The notes below the pieces were generated by a model, which searched no databases, was not told where the DNA came from, and saw only the letters and a program-made list of their open reading frames with translations. Position numbers and translations under genes: made by a program. A stretch of DNA of 62,776 bases, filler included, from Sphacelaria rigidula (taxonomy: Eukaryota): NCBI GenBank assembly GCA_964200075.2. It is 10 parts of 10 records of this genome, joined end to end, with 100 filler letters (N's around TTAATTAATTAA, not from the genome) between each part and the next. Parts side by side here need not be neighbours in the genome. Positions count along the whole stretch, not along the records: positions 6,289 to 12,476 come from CAXNAA020021639.1; positions 12,577 to 18,764 come from CAXNAA020021640.1; positions 18,865 to 25,052 come from CAXNAA020021641.1; 7 more parts are not named here. One strand, 5' to 3'. Of the stretch, positions 10,753-21,000 are shown in pieces (position 1 is the stretch's first letter; each line of letters begins with the position of its first letter).

Positions 10753-12134
10753 CTTCACTGCTGCGGCGGACTGCAGTTTTTTTTTCTTTCTTCATTGACG
10801 GAAGGAGGAAACCCAACCCAACACTTACCCCGCTAGCGAGTCTCGCAAGCGAGTTCGTGCGCCGATTACCCGAAGGCTCGGCTAGACTACCTCGCGGCAG
10901 TCATGTGGGGAAGGCGCCTCGAGCGGTGGCTCAAGGCAGTATAGGCGACGCTCCCACTAAAACCCCTATCAACTTGGTGCAGTGCACACGCCGCCCTGCT
11001 CTTAGAAGCTTCGGCCCTAGGCGGACTGCAGATGGTACTCTCCCACGCTCAAATACAAGAGGTTATCAACGTTAGAAGCCGGATGAGATAGTGGTGTGCG
11101 CGTGTTTGAGAGAAGGTGTGGGTGGGTGCGTGGGGTGTGTGCACGCGTGTTCGGCTTCGTAGAGTACGACCTATTTTTCACCAAGACAAGATTCCATCCA
11201 GTTAGCGTGACTACACGAAGGTGATGGGGACGATAATTGCCACGTAACCTGCCATGTAACCTGCAAGTAATATCCGTCCGTTTTGGTCATTCATTATCTA
11301 GCGAGCCTGATATGTGATTGTTGAGGATTGCCTTTTTATTTAGGCTTAGGGTCTTTGTTGTGGGGGACGGTATGTATTCCGTTTTATTGGCTCAATACAT
11401 ACCATGTTGCAGCGGTAAGTCGTACAGAAATTGTAGCACCCATGCTTACATGAGACGTGTATTTTTGTTCCTAATTTTGATCTCGAAAGTCTCGTCCATG
11501 CGATCTTTGATCCTTCACTGGTCGATTGATCGATTTAACAGTGATATTTACCCCTCGTGTACGCATGTAAAGTGCCCCCCCCCCGCTCTGAAGAGATTCG
11601 AACAATACTACCTTGTTCTCCATCCAACTCGACGTTTGCGGCATTACCAGGAGGCTTTTACGCGAGTCCGTCAAAAACTACCGTGTATGTCCACGAGAGA
11701 TTTAGCGTTGACGCTTGAATGTTTGAATCTTCCAGGGGGCTAATAGCTCCCCAAGCACTCGCCAGCGTGCAGTAAGAGGCGTTTTTACTCGAATTGGCAC
11801 CCCACATGCGGCGCCTGTTGTACTCTGCCAACACACAGCTTCAAGGGTCGGACAAATCAACGATTCGTCTGGAAATCACTTGGTTCTAGTGTCATCGATT
11901 CGTACTGTACGAATCAATCCTTGGGCTTCGTTTTCAGCGTTGCAACTCAGGTACGCGCAGCCCAGGCACGTGGAATGGCGCAAAAGCTGCGTAGAGATCT
12001 TTTCGATCAGCGTTCAACTTTTTCTTCTTGTTGAGCAATCAGGCCTGAAAAATCTTGGGTACTGGTGATTCGAACCGGCGATTATTCGTCCGAAGCGTGC
12101 ACAGTTTGCCTGAGTCACATCTTGCCCCCCGCCT

Positions 12135-12378
12135 CCTTTTAGGGGTTGCACTTTTAATTTCCGGGTCTCTTTTTTGTTGGAGCCCAAATATATGGGGCTT
12201 ACTGTGCAACACAAATATCCGGGGACCGGACATGCAGATGCACGCGGGGGCCTTTTCGTTAATCGGCATAATTTGCAGCCTTTTTCAAGTAAAAATGATG
12301 TCGATTCCCCAAATGACCCGTCCAACACCACGAGAAACATTTTCGCTAAAAAAGTGCTACCCCTATCGTAGCATCACT
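12135..12378. mobile_element. MITE related to family A (TIR GAGTGATGCTACGATAGGGGTAGCACTTTT; left TIR partial)
   Basis: TAGGGGTTGCACTTTT at ~12140 versus AAAAGTGCTACCCCTATCGTAGCATCACTC at ~12350-12378. Confidence 0.6.
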
Positions 12379-12476
12379 CTCCGTCTCGAAAGGGATACGT
12401 GGTCAATGGTCAAACGACCAAGGTAGGCAACAAATGAGTACGCACACCCCCCCACCCCCCCCACAAACCCCGCACA
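12378..12476 (+). repeat. Dispersed ~65-bp module with a poly-C tract at the contig end
   Basis: Matches 18690-18764 and 32338-32411. Confidence 0.85.
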
Positions 12477-12576
12477 NNNNNNNNNNNNNNNNNNNNNNNN
12501 NNNNNNNNNNNNNNNNNNNNTTAATTAATTAANNNNNNNNNNNNNNNNNNNNNNNNNNNNNNNNNNNNNNNNNNNN
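12477..12576. other. Artificial contig spacer
   Basis: 44N-TTAATTAATTAA-44N. Confidence 0.98.
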
Positions 12577-12609
12577 TGCCCTGGGCTCTGTGTCTTTGTG
12601 TTTGTTGTC

Positions 12610-12807
12610 GGGGGGGGGGGGGGGGGGGGGGTGATTCCACGAGAAAAGGGAACATAGATGTGTCATACGACGTGACACACCCGCGGCGAACGTTTATTTG
12701 GATCAAAACAGTATCAAGCAGGGGCAATGAGCGTCATGTATCGGTAATGAGCGAAATTTCGTGGAATAAATGGCCCAATATACCCTCGCCCATTGTAGCA
12801 TGACTCG
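12610..12807 (+). mobile_element. MITE family A copy (left end lost near the contig edge)
   Basis: Colinear with 3131-3364, ending GGCCCAA.ATA.CC..CCCATTGTAGCATGACTCG. Confidence 0.75.
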
Positions 12808-12835
12808 AAGATATCCGAATTGCTCGGGACCCGTA

Positions 12836-13113
12836 AGGACACTGTCAACGATAGCCCCCTCCCCAAAAGTACGCCCCCCCCCCCCAAAAAAAAAGTGCAT
12901 GGTTTTGGGAGGCAAAATCTACACGTAAATCGAAATGGGAAAAGTCGAGCACAACGAGAAGCTGGGAGTTTTCACGCTTGGGTTCGTTCTAGCCAGTTTC
13001 GCCAATATGAGGCGCTTTATGCAGCCTGAACCCAAACATCAGGCGCTGTATGGCCATTTTTTTCGTAACACTTTAAAATTGGTTTTTGGGGGAGGCTATC
13101 GTAGAAAGGGCCC
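12836..13113 (-). mobile_element. MITE family B copy, inverted
   Basis: Reverse complement is colinear with 1715-1973. Confidence 0.85.
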
Positions 13114-13124
13114 AAGGTACCTGA

Positions 13125-13275
13125 TAACTCTCGAACACTTGCGAGCTCCACGGTGTACACATAAGACACCACTCCGGATTGCTGCGTTGCAGTCCGCATT
13201 TTCGGACTCCTCAAAAATAAAGTTTGCGAGGGAAAAGTCAAGCCACTTCGTTTTCGGAGAAGTCTGAGCGCAGAG
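13125..13275 (+). repeat. Internal fragment of the GGCCC-ended MITE family
   Basis: Matches 13957-14110 (CTCTCGAA..CCACGG.GTACA..TTTTCGGAC..CAAGCC.CTTCG.TTTCGGAGA.GTCTGA). Confidence 0.65.
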
Positions 13276-13279
13276 TGTG

Positions 13280-13850
13280 TGGGAGGGAGGATCCAGGACC
13301 AGGGTGCTCGGTGCAAAAGCGGCTGAAGTGCCTGAGGAATGATCTTCAAGCGTTCGGAGGCGCAGAGGGCTCTACGGAAGACAATCGACATACGTTCGGA
13401 GTTGAAAGCGTCGTCTGTTCCTCAGCAGCCAAGGAGGGGAGTATACCGTGGCACGCGGGGGTACTAGAGGGGGCGGAGAGGTCTTGATCTCATGGCACAA
13501 GGACGAAGATGATGTCAGCCGAATACGTGCGCTTAAACGGAACATGAACAAAATCTGCACGATAATGACGACGGCTCAGAGGAGGGAGGGGGGTAAACAG
13601 GGAAACGGACAAAAACTATCAAATTGAGGATACCAAGGCAGCCGAGGAGAGCAGGGCGGAGATGGAAGAACGTGTGACCAAAAATATAATATAGTACCAG
13701 ACTGAACATGGAGGAGGCGGCAGGAATATCCACTATCCCCCATGCCTTCCTTTCTTTGCTGACCCCAGCCTCCCATTGTACCCCTCCCCCGAGGTGGTGT
13801 GTTGTGCGTTTTTTATCGTTTTTTGCTGCTATGCCTATTATTTTCTTACA
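13280..13850 (+). mobile_element. 5'-truncated degenerate LINE (RTE-like): ORF C-terminus plus 3' UTR
   Basis: Peptide GPG..KRLKCLRNDLQAFGGAEGSTE..FGVE..AAK..WHAGVLEGAER / ISWHKDEDDVSRIR resembles RTE-clade RT C-termini (G.P...W..C...DL...G....W...A....W); frameshifted. Confidence 0.6.
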
Positions 13851-13945
13851 TATGGCCTCCCCTCCAGAGGCACAAAGATAGAATCATGCGATTCTTATAG
13901 CTATGGTTGGTGATCTGGTTCCTGAGTTTAGCTCCATATCTGTCT

Positions 13946-14439
13946 GGCATTGGCGGCTCTCGAAAGCTTGTGGGCGCCACGGCGTACATACACAGGGCAG
14001 CTCCCCGAAGTGCTGTGAGCTGCTCTCAAAAATTTTCGGACTTCTCCACAAATAACATTCGGAGAAAAATTCAAGCCGCTTCGCTTTCGGAGACGTCTGA
14101 ACGCACAGAGTCCGAAAAGTCCGAAAATTTCCGAGATCTCCAAAACCGTAGTGTCGACAATGATGGACCGGAGGCCCATTATTATCATCCTGTTTTTCGG
14201 AGACCTCCGACTTTTCAGACATGCTGTCGGACTCTGCGTTCGCTTTGTTCAACAATGAAGCGGGTTAATTTCTTCTCCGAACTTCCATTGTTGGAAAAGT
14301 CTGAAAAATTATAACTGCGACTCAGCACTTCGGAGAACTGCCCTGCGTGTACGCCTTGGCACTCACAAGCTTTCGAGAGCCATCAATGCCCACAACTTTC
14401 GGATATCTCCGAAACACCAATGTCGATAATATTGGGCCT
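13946..14439. mobile_element. Two opposite-orientation adjacent copies of a ~268-bp MITE with AGGCCCA...TGGGCCT ends (complete copy 14172-14439)
   Basis: 13946-14168 is an imperfect reverse complement of 14172-14390; ~35-bp TIRs AGGCCCA(T/A)TATTATC..TTTCGGAGA. Confidence 0.75.
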
Positions 14440-14953
14440 AGTAATGGGCCTTATTCTCGGGGTTATCTTCTCCCGTAGCCATACATGCAAACATTAACGT
14501 TGCTCGCTGGTAGAAACTGTTACAATCATGTACATGGCGTTGTTGCTGAAGTGACGCGTAGAGCGTGCTTCGAGGATCTCTTTACAAGGCATAAGGCATA
14601 TGCACACACGTGCCACGGACTTCTTGTGTCGTCAGGGAGACCGTAACTTCTCGGCATCAAACGAGCGATGCTGCGGGAATGGCGCATCCCTGAACTTAAA
14701 AAGGTCAGTAGGATCTGCCGAGAACAAGGGGATCGAGGTGACATACGAGTCCCGACGTTCAAGTATGTGCGAACGTAGAGCAGTATAATATTTGGTTCGC
14801 TGTGGAGCCCCCACCTCGCCCACTCAGCTCTTTCTCCTCAACTACGCTCTCCTGGGTTATAGCATCACTTGGGTGCTCTCTATATTTAACGATACGAATC
14901 ATCGACCCTGTGCCTGAGCCAGCGAGTACACTAGTGTTCGATCGATTGGGCAG

Positions 14954-15110
14954 GTATGGCGGGGAACCATGAAATGGCTGCTACTCTTGTAGAGAGCGGT
15001 ATAGGCGTCAACGCTCAACTGCAGACAATGTCGAGTCACTTCACAAGTCAGTTTAGCATGTTACCTGAGCTTGTTAGGAATGTTCTAATGGACAGGGGAA
15101 CCGATAGAGT
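14954..15110 (+). pseudogene. Degenerate ankyrin-repeat coding remnant
   Basis: MAGNHEMAATLVESGIGVNA...LMDRGTD fits the ankyrin consensus (A..G..E....L...G..VN); nearby ANK-like pieces at ~14630 and ~16230 are disrupted. Confidence 0.4.
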
Positions 15111-15124
15111 CTACGGTGCTGCAC

Positions 15125-15862
15125 ACGTGGCCAATCGGCTCCCCCTCATCATTACTCTAGAGTATATTATATACTCTACAGGACATATAATCTAGACTGT
15201 CTACCGGTCACCCCGATGGCTCAGTTGGTAACCTCGAAGCCTTCTGACGGTTGGGTCGTGGATTCGAATCTCGGAGCGATCTGGGATTTTTTCTCATGCC
15301 CAACAGTGGAGAGTGATTATGTCGTGGGTACACAAAAGTCGACTTCACGATCGACGAGGGAAAGGGACTGCTGAACCCCTCTCGCGATAAAAAATAAAGG
15401 CAAGCACCGCAGAAGGAAGGTGGAGTACTAAAATAAAACGAAAAGAAAAGACTCCTGTGTTGACCTTCCTCCTGTGTGACCCCGGCTGGTGCGCCCACAT
15501 ATACCGAAAGGTGTAGACCGGCGTGCAGAGTAGATGGGACGACAATACACAACGCACACACTGTCAGTTTCTTCCAAAGCATACGGTATGTGACAGCTCT
15601 GGAGTGCAAAATATCCCATCTGGAGTTAATTGTCACGAGGGTTGTACCTCGAGAGTATTTCAGAAAAGAAAAACACTCTGGAGGGTCAAGATTGCTCGAG
15701 AGTATAGGGTACGCGAAACCTGTAGACGGCGCATATTTTTCTGGAGGGCTTGATGTCCTCCAGAGGATTATAGAGGACTGCAAACTAGTGACCCATACAG
15801 AGTATTACGAATACTCTGAGGGGTGAAAAAAACTACGCTGGATGGGAGCCGATTGGCCACGT
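15125..15862. mobile_element. Non-autonomous TIR element (19-bp perfect TIRs) containing a SINE insertion
   Basis: ACGTGGCCAATCGGCTCCC (15125-15143) / GGGAGCCGATTGGCCACGT (15844-15862); no clear target-site duplication. Confidence 0.75.
15202..15559 (+). mobile_element. tRNA-derived SINE family 2, full length
   Basis: A box TGGCTCAGTTGG, B-box variant GATTCGAATC, CA-rich tail; target-site duplication ACTGTC at 15196-15201 and 15560-15565; homologs at 44016, 47385 and 50021. Confidence 0.88.
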
Positions 15863-16579
15863 TTGTTGATTCATGTTACAGCACTGACGCATTTGTGTTC
15901 TATGTTTTTACTGTTACACGCGGTAGAAGTTACTATTCTAGTTGGTGTGCTCAGGACCCACGCCTGTGCAGTCTTGGTGGTCGAGCGTGAGGCTTTGCCC
16001 ACTTGATCACTATTTTCTCTTTTCTCTTCGCCTTGCCTGGCTATACAAGACTACACTTCTACACCATCCTGATCGGCTGACAGCCTTGTCCTCTGATCGA
16101 CTATACTAGTCATGTCCATTGAGCTGACCCACGGGATCACAGACCACGAAACAAGGGATGTACAGTAAAGGCAGACTGCATTACAGAGTCGAGCAGATGG
16201 TCTCCAAGGTGCGCATCAGTCCGGTGGCGTGTAATGGAGCGACGTCACTGAAAGCGACGGACCTCCTGGGAGGGGAACCCAAGCGATACAACAGCTGCAG
16301 CCGGCTGACAGCACAGCGAACGAAGCGTGGCAGGAAAACACCGACGCTATCGCGAAAGCGAGCGGGGAACTCCACATGGGATCGACCATGGGGCAGGGAG
16401 CAACGGAGCTAAGGACGTGGGCCCCGCACGTGAGTCAGTCGCCATGTGCGGTCGTAGCGGACAGGGTGTACAAAGTGTTGTTGGTGTGTCTGTTATCAAG
16501 GCTACTGTGCCAAAACATTTTATAAATAGTTCTGTTTTCCTCATTTCAAACACTACTAGCTCATAAACTTTGCAAGAAG

Positions 16580-17543
16580 TAGGGTTGTAAGTGGACCGTT
16601 TTCAGGGGTTGATTTGATACTTGATTTTTTCTTCCAGATCGGGTTGATTTAATCATGATTGGTTGATAAAAACCTACTGATCAACAACACGTCAGTTAAT
16701 CAACGAATCATGATCACTTGATTTTTTCGGTATAATGGAAGCAGCACACAGGCCAAAAAACGACTGAATTATGTCGTGTAATGATGTAGAGCACACGGGC
16801 ACGCATGGGCAAGCCCACAACAGCAGCACAGCAGTATTGTGTTTTAAATTGTTGAACAATCACATACGCGCTGATGTGATTATTGATATAAATCAAATCG
16901 ACTTTTTGAATCAAAATCAATCCTGATTCATGGGTTGACTTACAACCCTAGATGCTAGCGTCTTTTCGGGAGTAGAGTCGATAAGTAGACATATCCGTCG
17001 ATCAATAGTTGCGCCGCAGGCAGAAAAACACGTTACACGACGCAAACGCCTCTTATCTTCCTGGAAAAAATCAGCGAATCAAGATTAATCAAGTTATTTT
17101 GACTTGGTTGATTTAAGTTGATTTCTTTTTTCCCTCACACTTTGAACCCCTCCCCTTCGTCGGGATGAGTCCGTGGTCTCAAGGGATCAACCGTTCTCTC
17201 CCCCGGTACGTGCCTTTCATTTTGATCTCGCTGATTGGATCAGCATTCCCGCACCGCGTCAACTCACGTCACACCAACTCATTCGACTAGTTTTGTGTAC
17301 TCACGTTCTCACGCTTTCCACGGTGGAAATCATACATTACGAAAAAAAAACCAACGCATCGGAAATCGAACCCCCGTTCTCTCCATCCTAATGGCGACAG
17401 TCGGACCATTACACCACCGGGGCGCGGCGGACTAGTTGATATAAATCAACGAATCAGGGACGCGCTGATGTGATTGTTGATATAAATCAAATCAACTTTT
17501 AAATCAAAGTCAACCGTGATTAATGAGTCGACTTACAACCCTA
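16580..17543. mobile_element. Non-autonomous hAT-like element with a duplicated right end
   Basis: Left TIR TAGGGTTGTAAGT at 16580; right TIR ACTTACAACCCTA ending at both 16950 and 17543; GCAAGAAG at 16572-16579 and 17548-17555; many GTTGAT/ATCAAC subterminal motifs. Confidence 0.8.
17123..17433 (-). mobile_element. tRNA-derived SINE family 1, full length, nested in the hAT-like element
   Basis: Close match to 8252-8564; probable target-site duplication AGTTGAT at 17116-17122 and 17434-17440. Confidence 0.88.
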
Positions 17544-18482
17544 GCTAGCAAGAAGCGAAGGCATCGATTGGGCGTTCATTAGGTCTAGCGACAGCTCGCA
17601 TGATGAGAGGTGGGGAACACGGAGTTATCACCACGCTACCTGGGGGCGAGGCACGGCAAAGAAATAGTGCCGGCGAACATGAGAGCTAGACAGAAACTGG
17701 TCGCGAGCTTGGAGAACAAGAGAGACCGGGACATTATTTTACAGGCCGCTTCTTCGGCTGCTGTTATGTCCAGGCGGCAGGTCATTCATGATACACGATA
17801 GCACCTCTGACCGCCGATTGGATCTTGGCTCAACCGTCGTTGCTCACACCTGTGTGTGTGAGAATAGTAGCGGTGACGGGAATATCGCCTCGGTTCCGAC
17901 GACGATGTGTTCTGTATCGCACAGAGGAACGTCCTGTCCAAAAAGAGAGGCAGAGAGGCACCGATCTTTGCACTGGTCAGCGCGACCAACAAAACACGAA
18001 TACATCAGTGAAGATGCGACAAGCCAAGCCTCATCGTTTTATTGGGTTCTTCAACTCACCGCCTGCCATGTAAATGCTGACGGAAGGGCTGGCAAACGAT
18101 ATGTACAGTAGTATCGTGATGGCAATCTCTCGACCGATTGGGAATCACCCAACAAAGACACACAAAAGGACACAGGTGAGGATTTTCCTCTCCCCAGTTG
18201 TTCCTCCGGCGCACTCGTCATCGACGCACGTGTACATCGAATGCATTGGGTGCACCCAGTCACATCTGCTGAAGTTTTGACACAAATGAAGCAGCCGAAA
18301 GTGCTATTCCTTGTGTAACTATTTTGGCTGAAATTGTGAAATTCCGACTGCAGGTTCAACCTCACCGCAATGTTGAACCATATTTTCGAGGAGACCCTCT
18401 TTATTGAAGGTTCGATCTCAGCAGATGGTATGATATCTGCGCGTGATTTTTATCGGGAGTGGTGTCTGACTGTGTTGCGCGC

Positions 18483-18685
18483 GTGTGTTACCATCCCATC
18501 TATTCTGGACGCCAGCCTACACCTCCTGGTGTATGTTGGCGCATCTATTTGGGCATGAGTGTCGTTTCTGCGTAGGTCCTTTTCCACCGAAGCCATGTTG
18601 CAGAGGCCGACCACTTCTAGTTTTTTTTCCTTGTCTTTTCTTTTCCTGTCCTTTATTTCGCTTCCCTTTCCCCCCCTCTTTTTAG
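18483..18685 (-). mobile_element. Retroposon 3' fragment sharing only its last ~60 nt with the SINE family 2 tail
   Basis: Minus strand ends TGCGCCAACATACACCAGGAGGTGTAGGCTGGCGTCCAGAATAGATGGGATGGTAACACAC, matching 15490-15550; the upstream part is unrelated to the SINE. Confidence 0.6.
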
Positions 18686-18689
18686 TCTA

Positions 18690-18764
18690 CTTCCGTCTCG
18701 AAAGGGATGCGTGGTCAATGGTCAAATGACTAAGGCAAGCAACAAATGAGTACGCCCCCCCCCC
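18690..18764 (+). repeat. Dispersed ~65-bp module with a poly-C tract at the contig end
   Basis: Matches 12378-12441 and 32338-32411; preceded by TA. Confidence 0.85.
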
Positions 18765-18864
18765 NNNNNNNNNNNNNNNNNNNNNNNNNNNNNNNNNNNN
18801 NNNNNNNNTTAATTAATTAANNNNNNNNNNNNNNNNNNNNNNNNNNNNNNNNNNNNNNNNNNNN
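18765..18864. other. Artificial contig spacer
   Basis: 44N-TTAATTAATTAA-44N. Confidence 0.98.
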
Positions 18865-18908
18865 CTCCCCCCCCCCCCCACCCCCCCCGTCCGGCACATC
18901 CGATACAG

Positions 18909-21000
18909 ATAAGCGATCACCTCACATGGGCGGGGGCTAACGCCGCTCGCGCCCACGGCCTCAAACACGCCTGCCATGTCACATGGCCACTCTTTATGCT
19001 GGAGGAAGCTGGTTTATTGCCCCCGCGCTCTCTGGCGCGCTACGCGGGGATATGCGCACGCCAGCTGCGGTCTTGTCGACTCGCTCCCGCGTGCGTCAAG
19101 CCGGCGGGGCCTCCTCGTGCGATGCTGAACCGTGTCACCCAGCATTGCTTGGGCGGTGGGAAGGGTAGCTCTGAAGGAGGGCTAGTTCTCGTGACATCGA
19201 GTTTCGGCATCGAGCCACCGAGACCGCTGCCCCCTTTCATTAAAATGATTGGCCGTGGGCACAAGCTAGAGACGGTCGAGGTGCTTGCCGAGCATGCGGA
19301 ACTGAAGGTGAAATATTGGTGGGATTGGACGACAGGAGCGGGCGGTAATGCCTACCTGCCTGGCATCGATGTACATTTACCCCGAGAGGCCAATTTTCCC
19401 CCAATTACTTCGGGATGTATCACCAGGGGGGGAGAAATGGAACCTCAGTTTCTTATAGCATCGAGACCCCGCATTACCATTAAGTCGTCAGAATTTTTCG
19501 TTCACACGAGTTCTTCGAGAAAATGAAGGTTGGCTTCTTACCGTTCCCGGGCGATGGAATTACGTGAACTGCAGCAAACGGAAATGTATGCATTAGTCCT
19601 TGCGGACAAATAAGGCATATCCCAAATGTAGACCACAGGGTATGGCGGTTCATTTGTGGCAAGTTTGGCGCTCCGGTGTATCCTCGATACTTTGCCCGAC
19701 TAGCTCTGACGTCGAGATACTCGCGGCTCGAACGGATGGATGGAAGTTGCTCAGGTCTTCAGCCCGGCCAGGACAAGCAAAAACGATGGATCTCACGCAT
19801 AACCCGCCTTATCAACCTAAGAAACACACTTCTTTCGGGTGACTGTGTCTATCCTCATAATGATCGCGATGCCCGCTGACAGGCGTTTTTGGACGCTAAC
19901 AACAGCGTGGTGTATGTGACCTTCGGTAGCCGTATATCGCCCCCGGCTTCACTTGTGCGAAGCGTTGGAGAAGGGCTTCTGGCTGGAGGGTGGGCGGTCG
20001 TATGGTCGCTTAAACATGAGCAGCATTCATACTTGCCTAGTGGTAAGTGAGGGCTGTGAAAAGACGATGCCCCAGAATAGAACTGGATATCTTCAAGCGG
20101 CCGATACATGATACATGCCGAGATTTGTCAGGACCTCTTAACTTCACTATGTCGACTTGTGGAGTGCTCGTGTTTCTACTAGTGTTTCGGCCAGGTCTTT
20201 TTTGCGTAGTAATTACACCAGTTTTCCGTTGCCGATCACAGGTTCTGGACGGCATTCAGCAGGCAGCGCTACGCCCGCTCGTCGTTGCCTCTTGCGCCGC
20301 TGATTTCTGTGGTTTTCGTCTTGTTCGCGTGCACTGCAACAGCCGCCCTGCAAAGTGGGAGGTTTTTTGTGAGACCCTGGCTGCCGCAAGGAGCGGCATT
20401 AGCGCATCCCAACATCAGGGCAGCTGTGAGTCTCCCGTGATTCTGGAGGTTTTTCCACACTTATCATGACGCACATCAGAATCGTTTCGCCATGGAAAAT
20501 TTACAGTGCGTGCCAACATCGATTCACTGCCTCTGACCCAACAAGTTTGTCGAGCAGCAGGGGCATCTTGTCTCAACAAAACGTCCCATCAGCCCACAAC
20601 CTCTGTCCATCTGCAGCCGCTTCCATCACTACCCTCCCCTGCCCCCCCTTCCCCTTCCACCCGGAACCTCCAGATTACCCACTGTGGCATGGGTGGACTG
20701 TTCGAGTGTGCTGCTAATGCGGTCCCGGTGATTCCACTCCCGTTCTCTCTCTCAGCCGATCAGCCAGTCAACGCACGCGCCGCAGAAGCCGCAGGTTTCG
20801 CCGTGCGTCCCCGCCGGTCGCGCTGGCCTGCGCGTTGGTGGTGCGGCGGCGACCCGGAGGTAACGGCCGCCGCTATCACGGAAGCCGTGGATAGGGCGGT
20901 GCACGACCCGATGGTGTTGGAGGGAGCGAGGCGGGCGCGGCGCGCTGTTTTGGCCGCGGGATATGGTCGAGCGGCCGTTGACGCCGTTGAGTCAGCGTGA
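18909..21000 (+). CDS. Family-1 UDP-glycosyltransferase, 5'-partial; exons 18909-19307, 19883-20042, 20343-20425, 20674-21000
   Basis: Phase-consistent GT-AG exons totalling 969 nt; motifs LVTSSFGIEPPRPLPP..IG, ELKAFLD..VVYVTFGS, and the UDPGT/PSPG box WLPQGAALAHPNIRAAITHCGMGGLFECAANAVPVIPLPFSLSADQPVNA. Confidence 0.92.

Noticed and set aside
15208..15280. tRNA gene (anticodon-like loop TTCTGAC, CTG)
   Set aside because: The acceptor stem does not close and the sequence runs into a repeated SINE body; it is a SINE head, like those at ~8490-8560, ~17355-17425 and 50021
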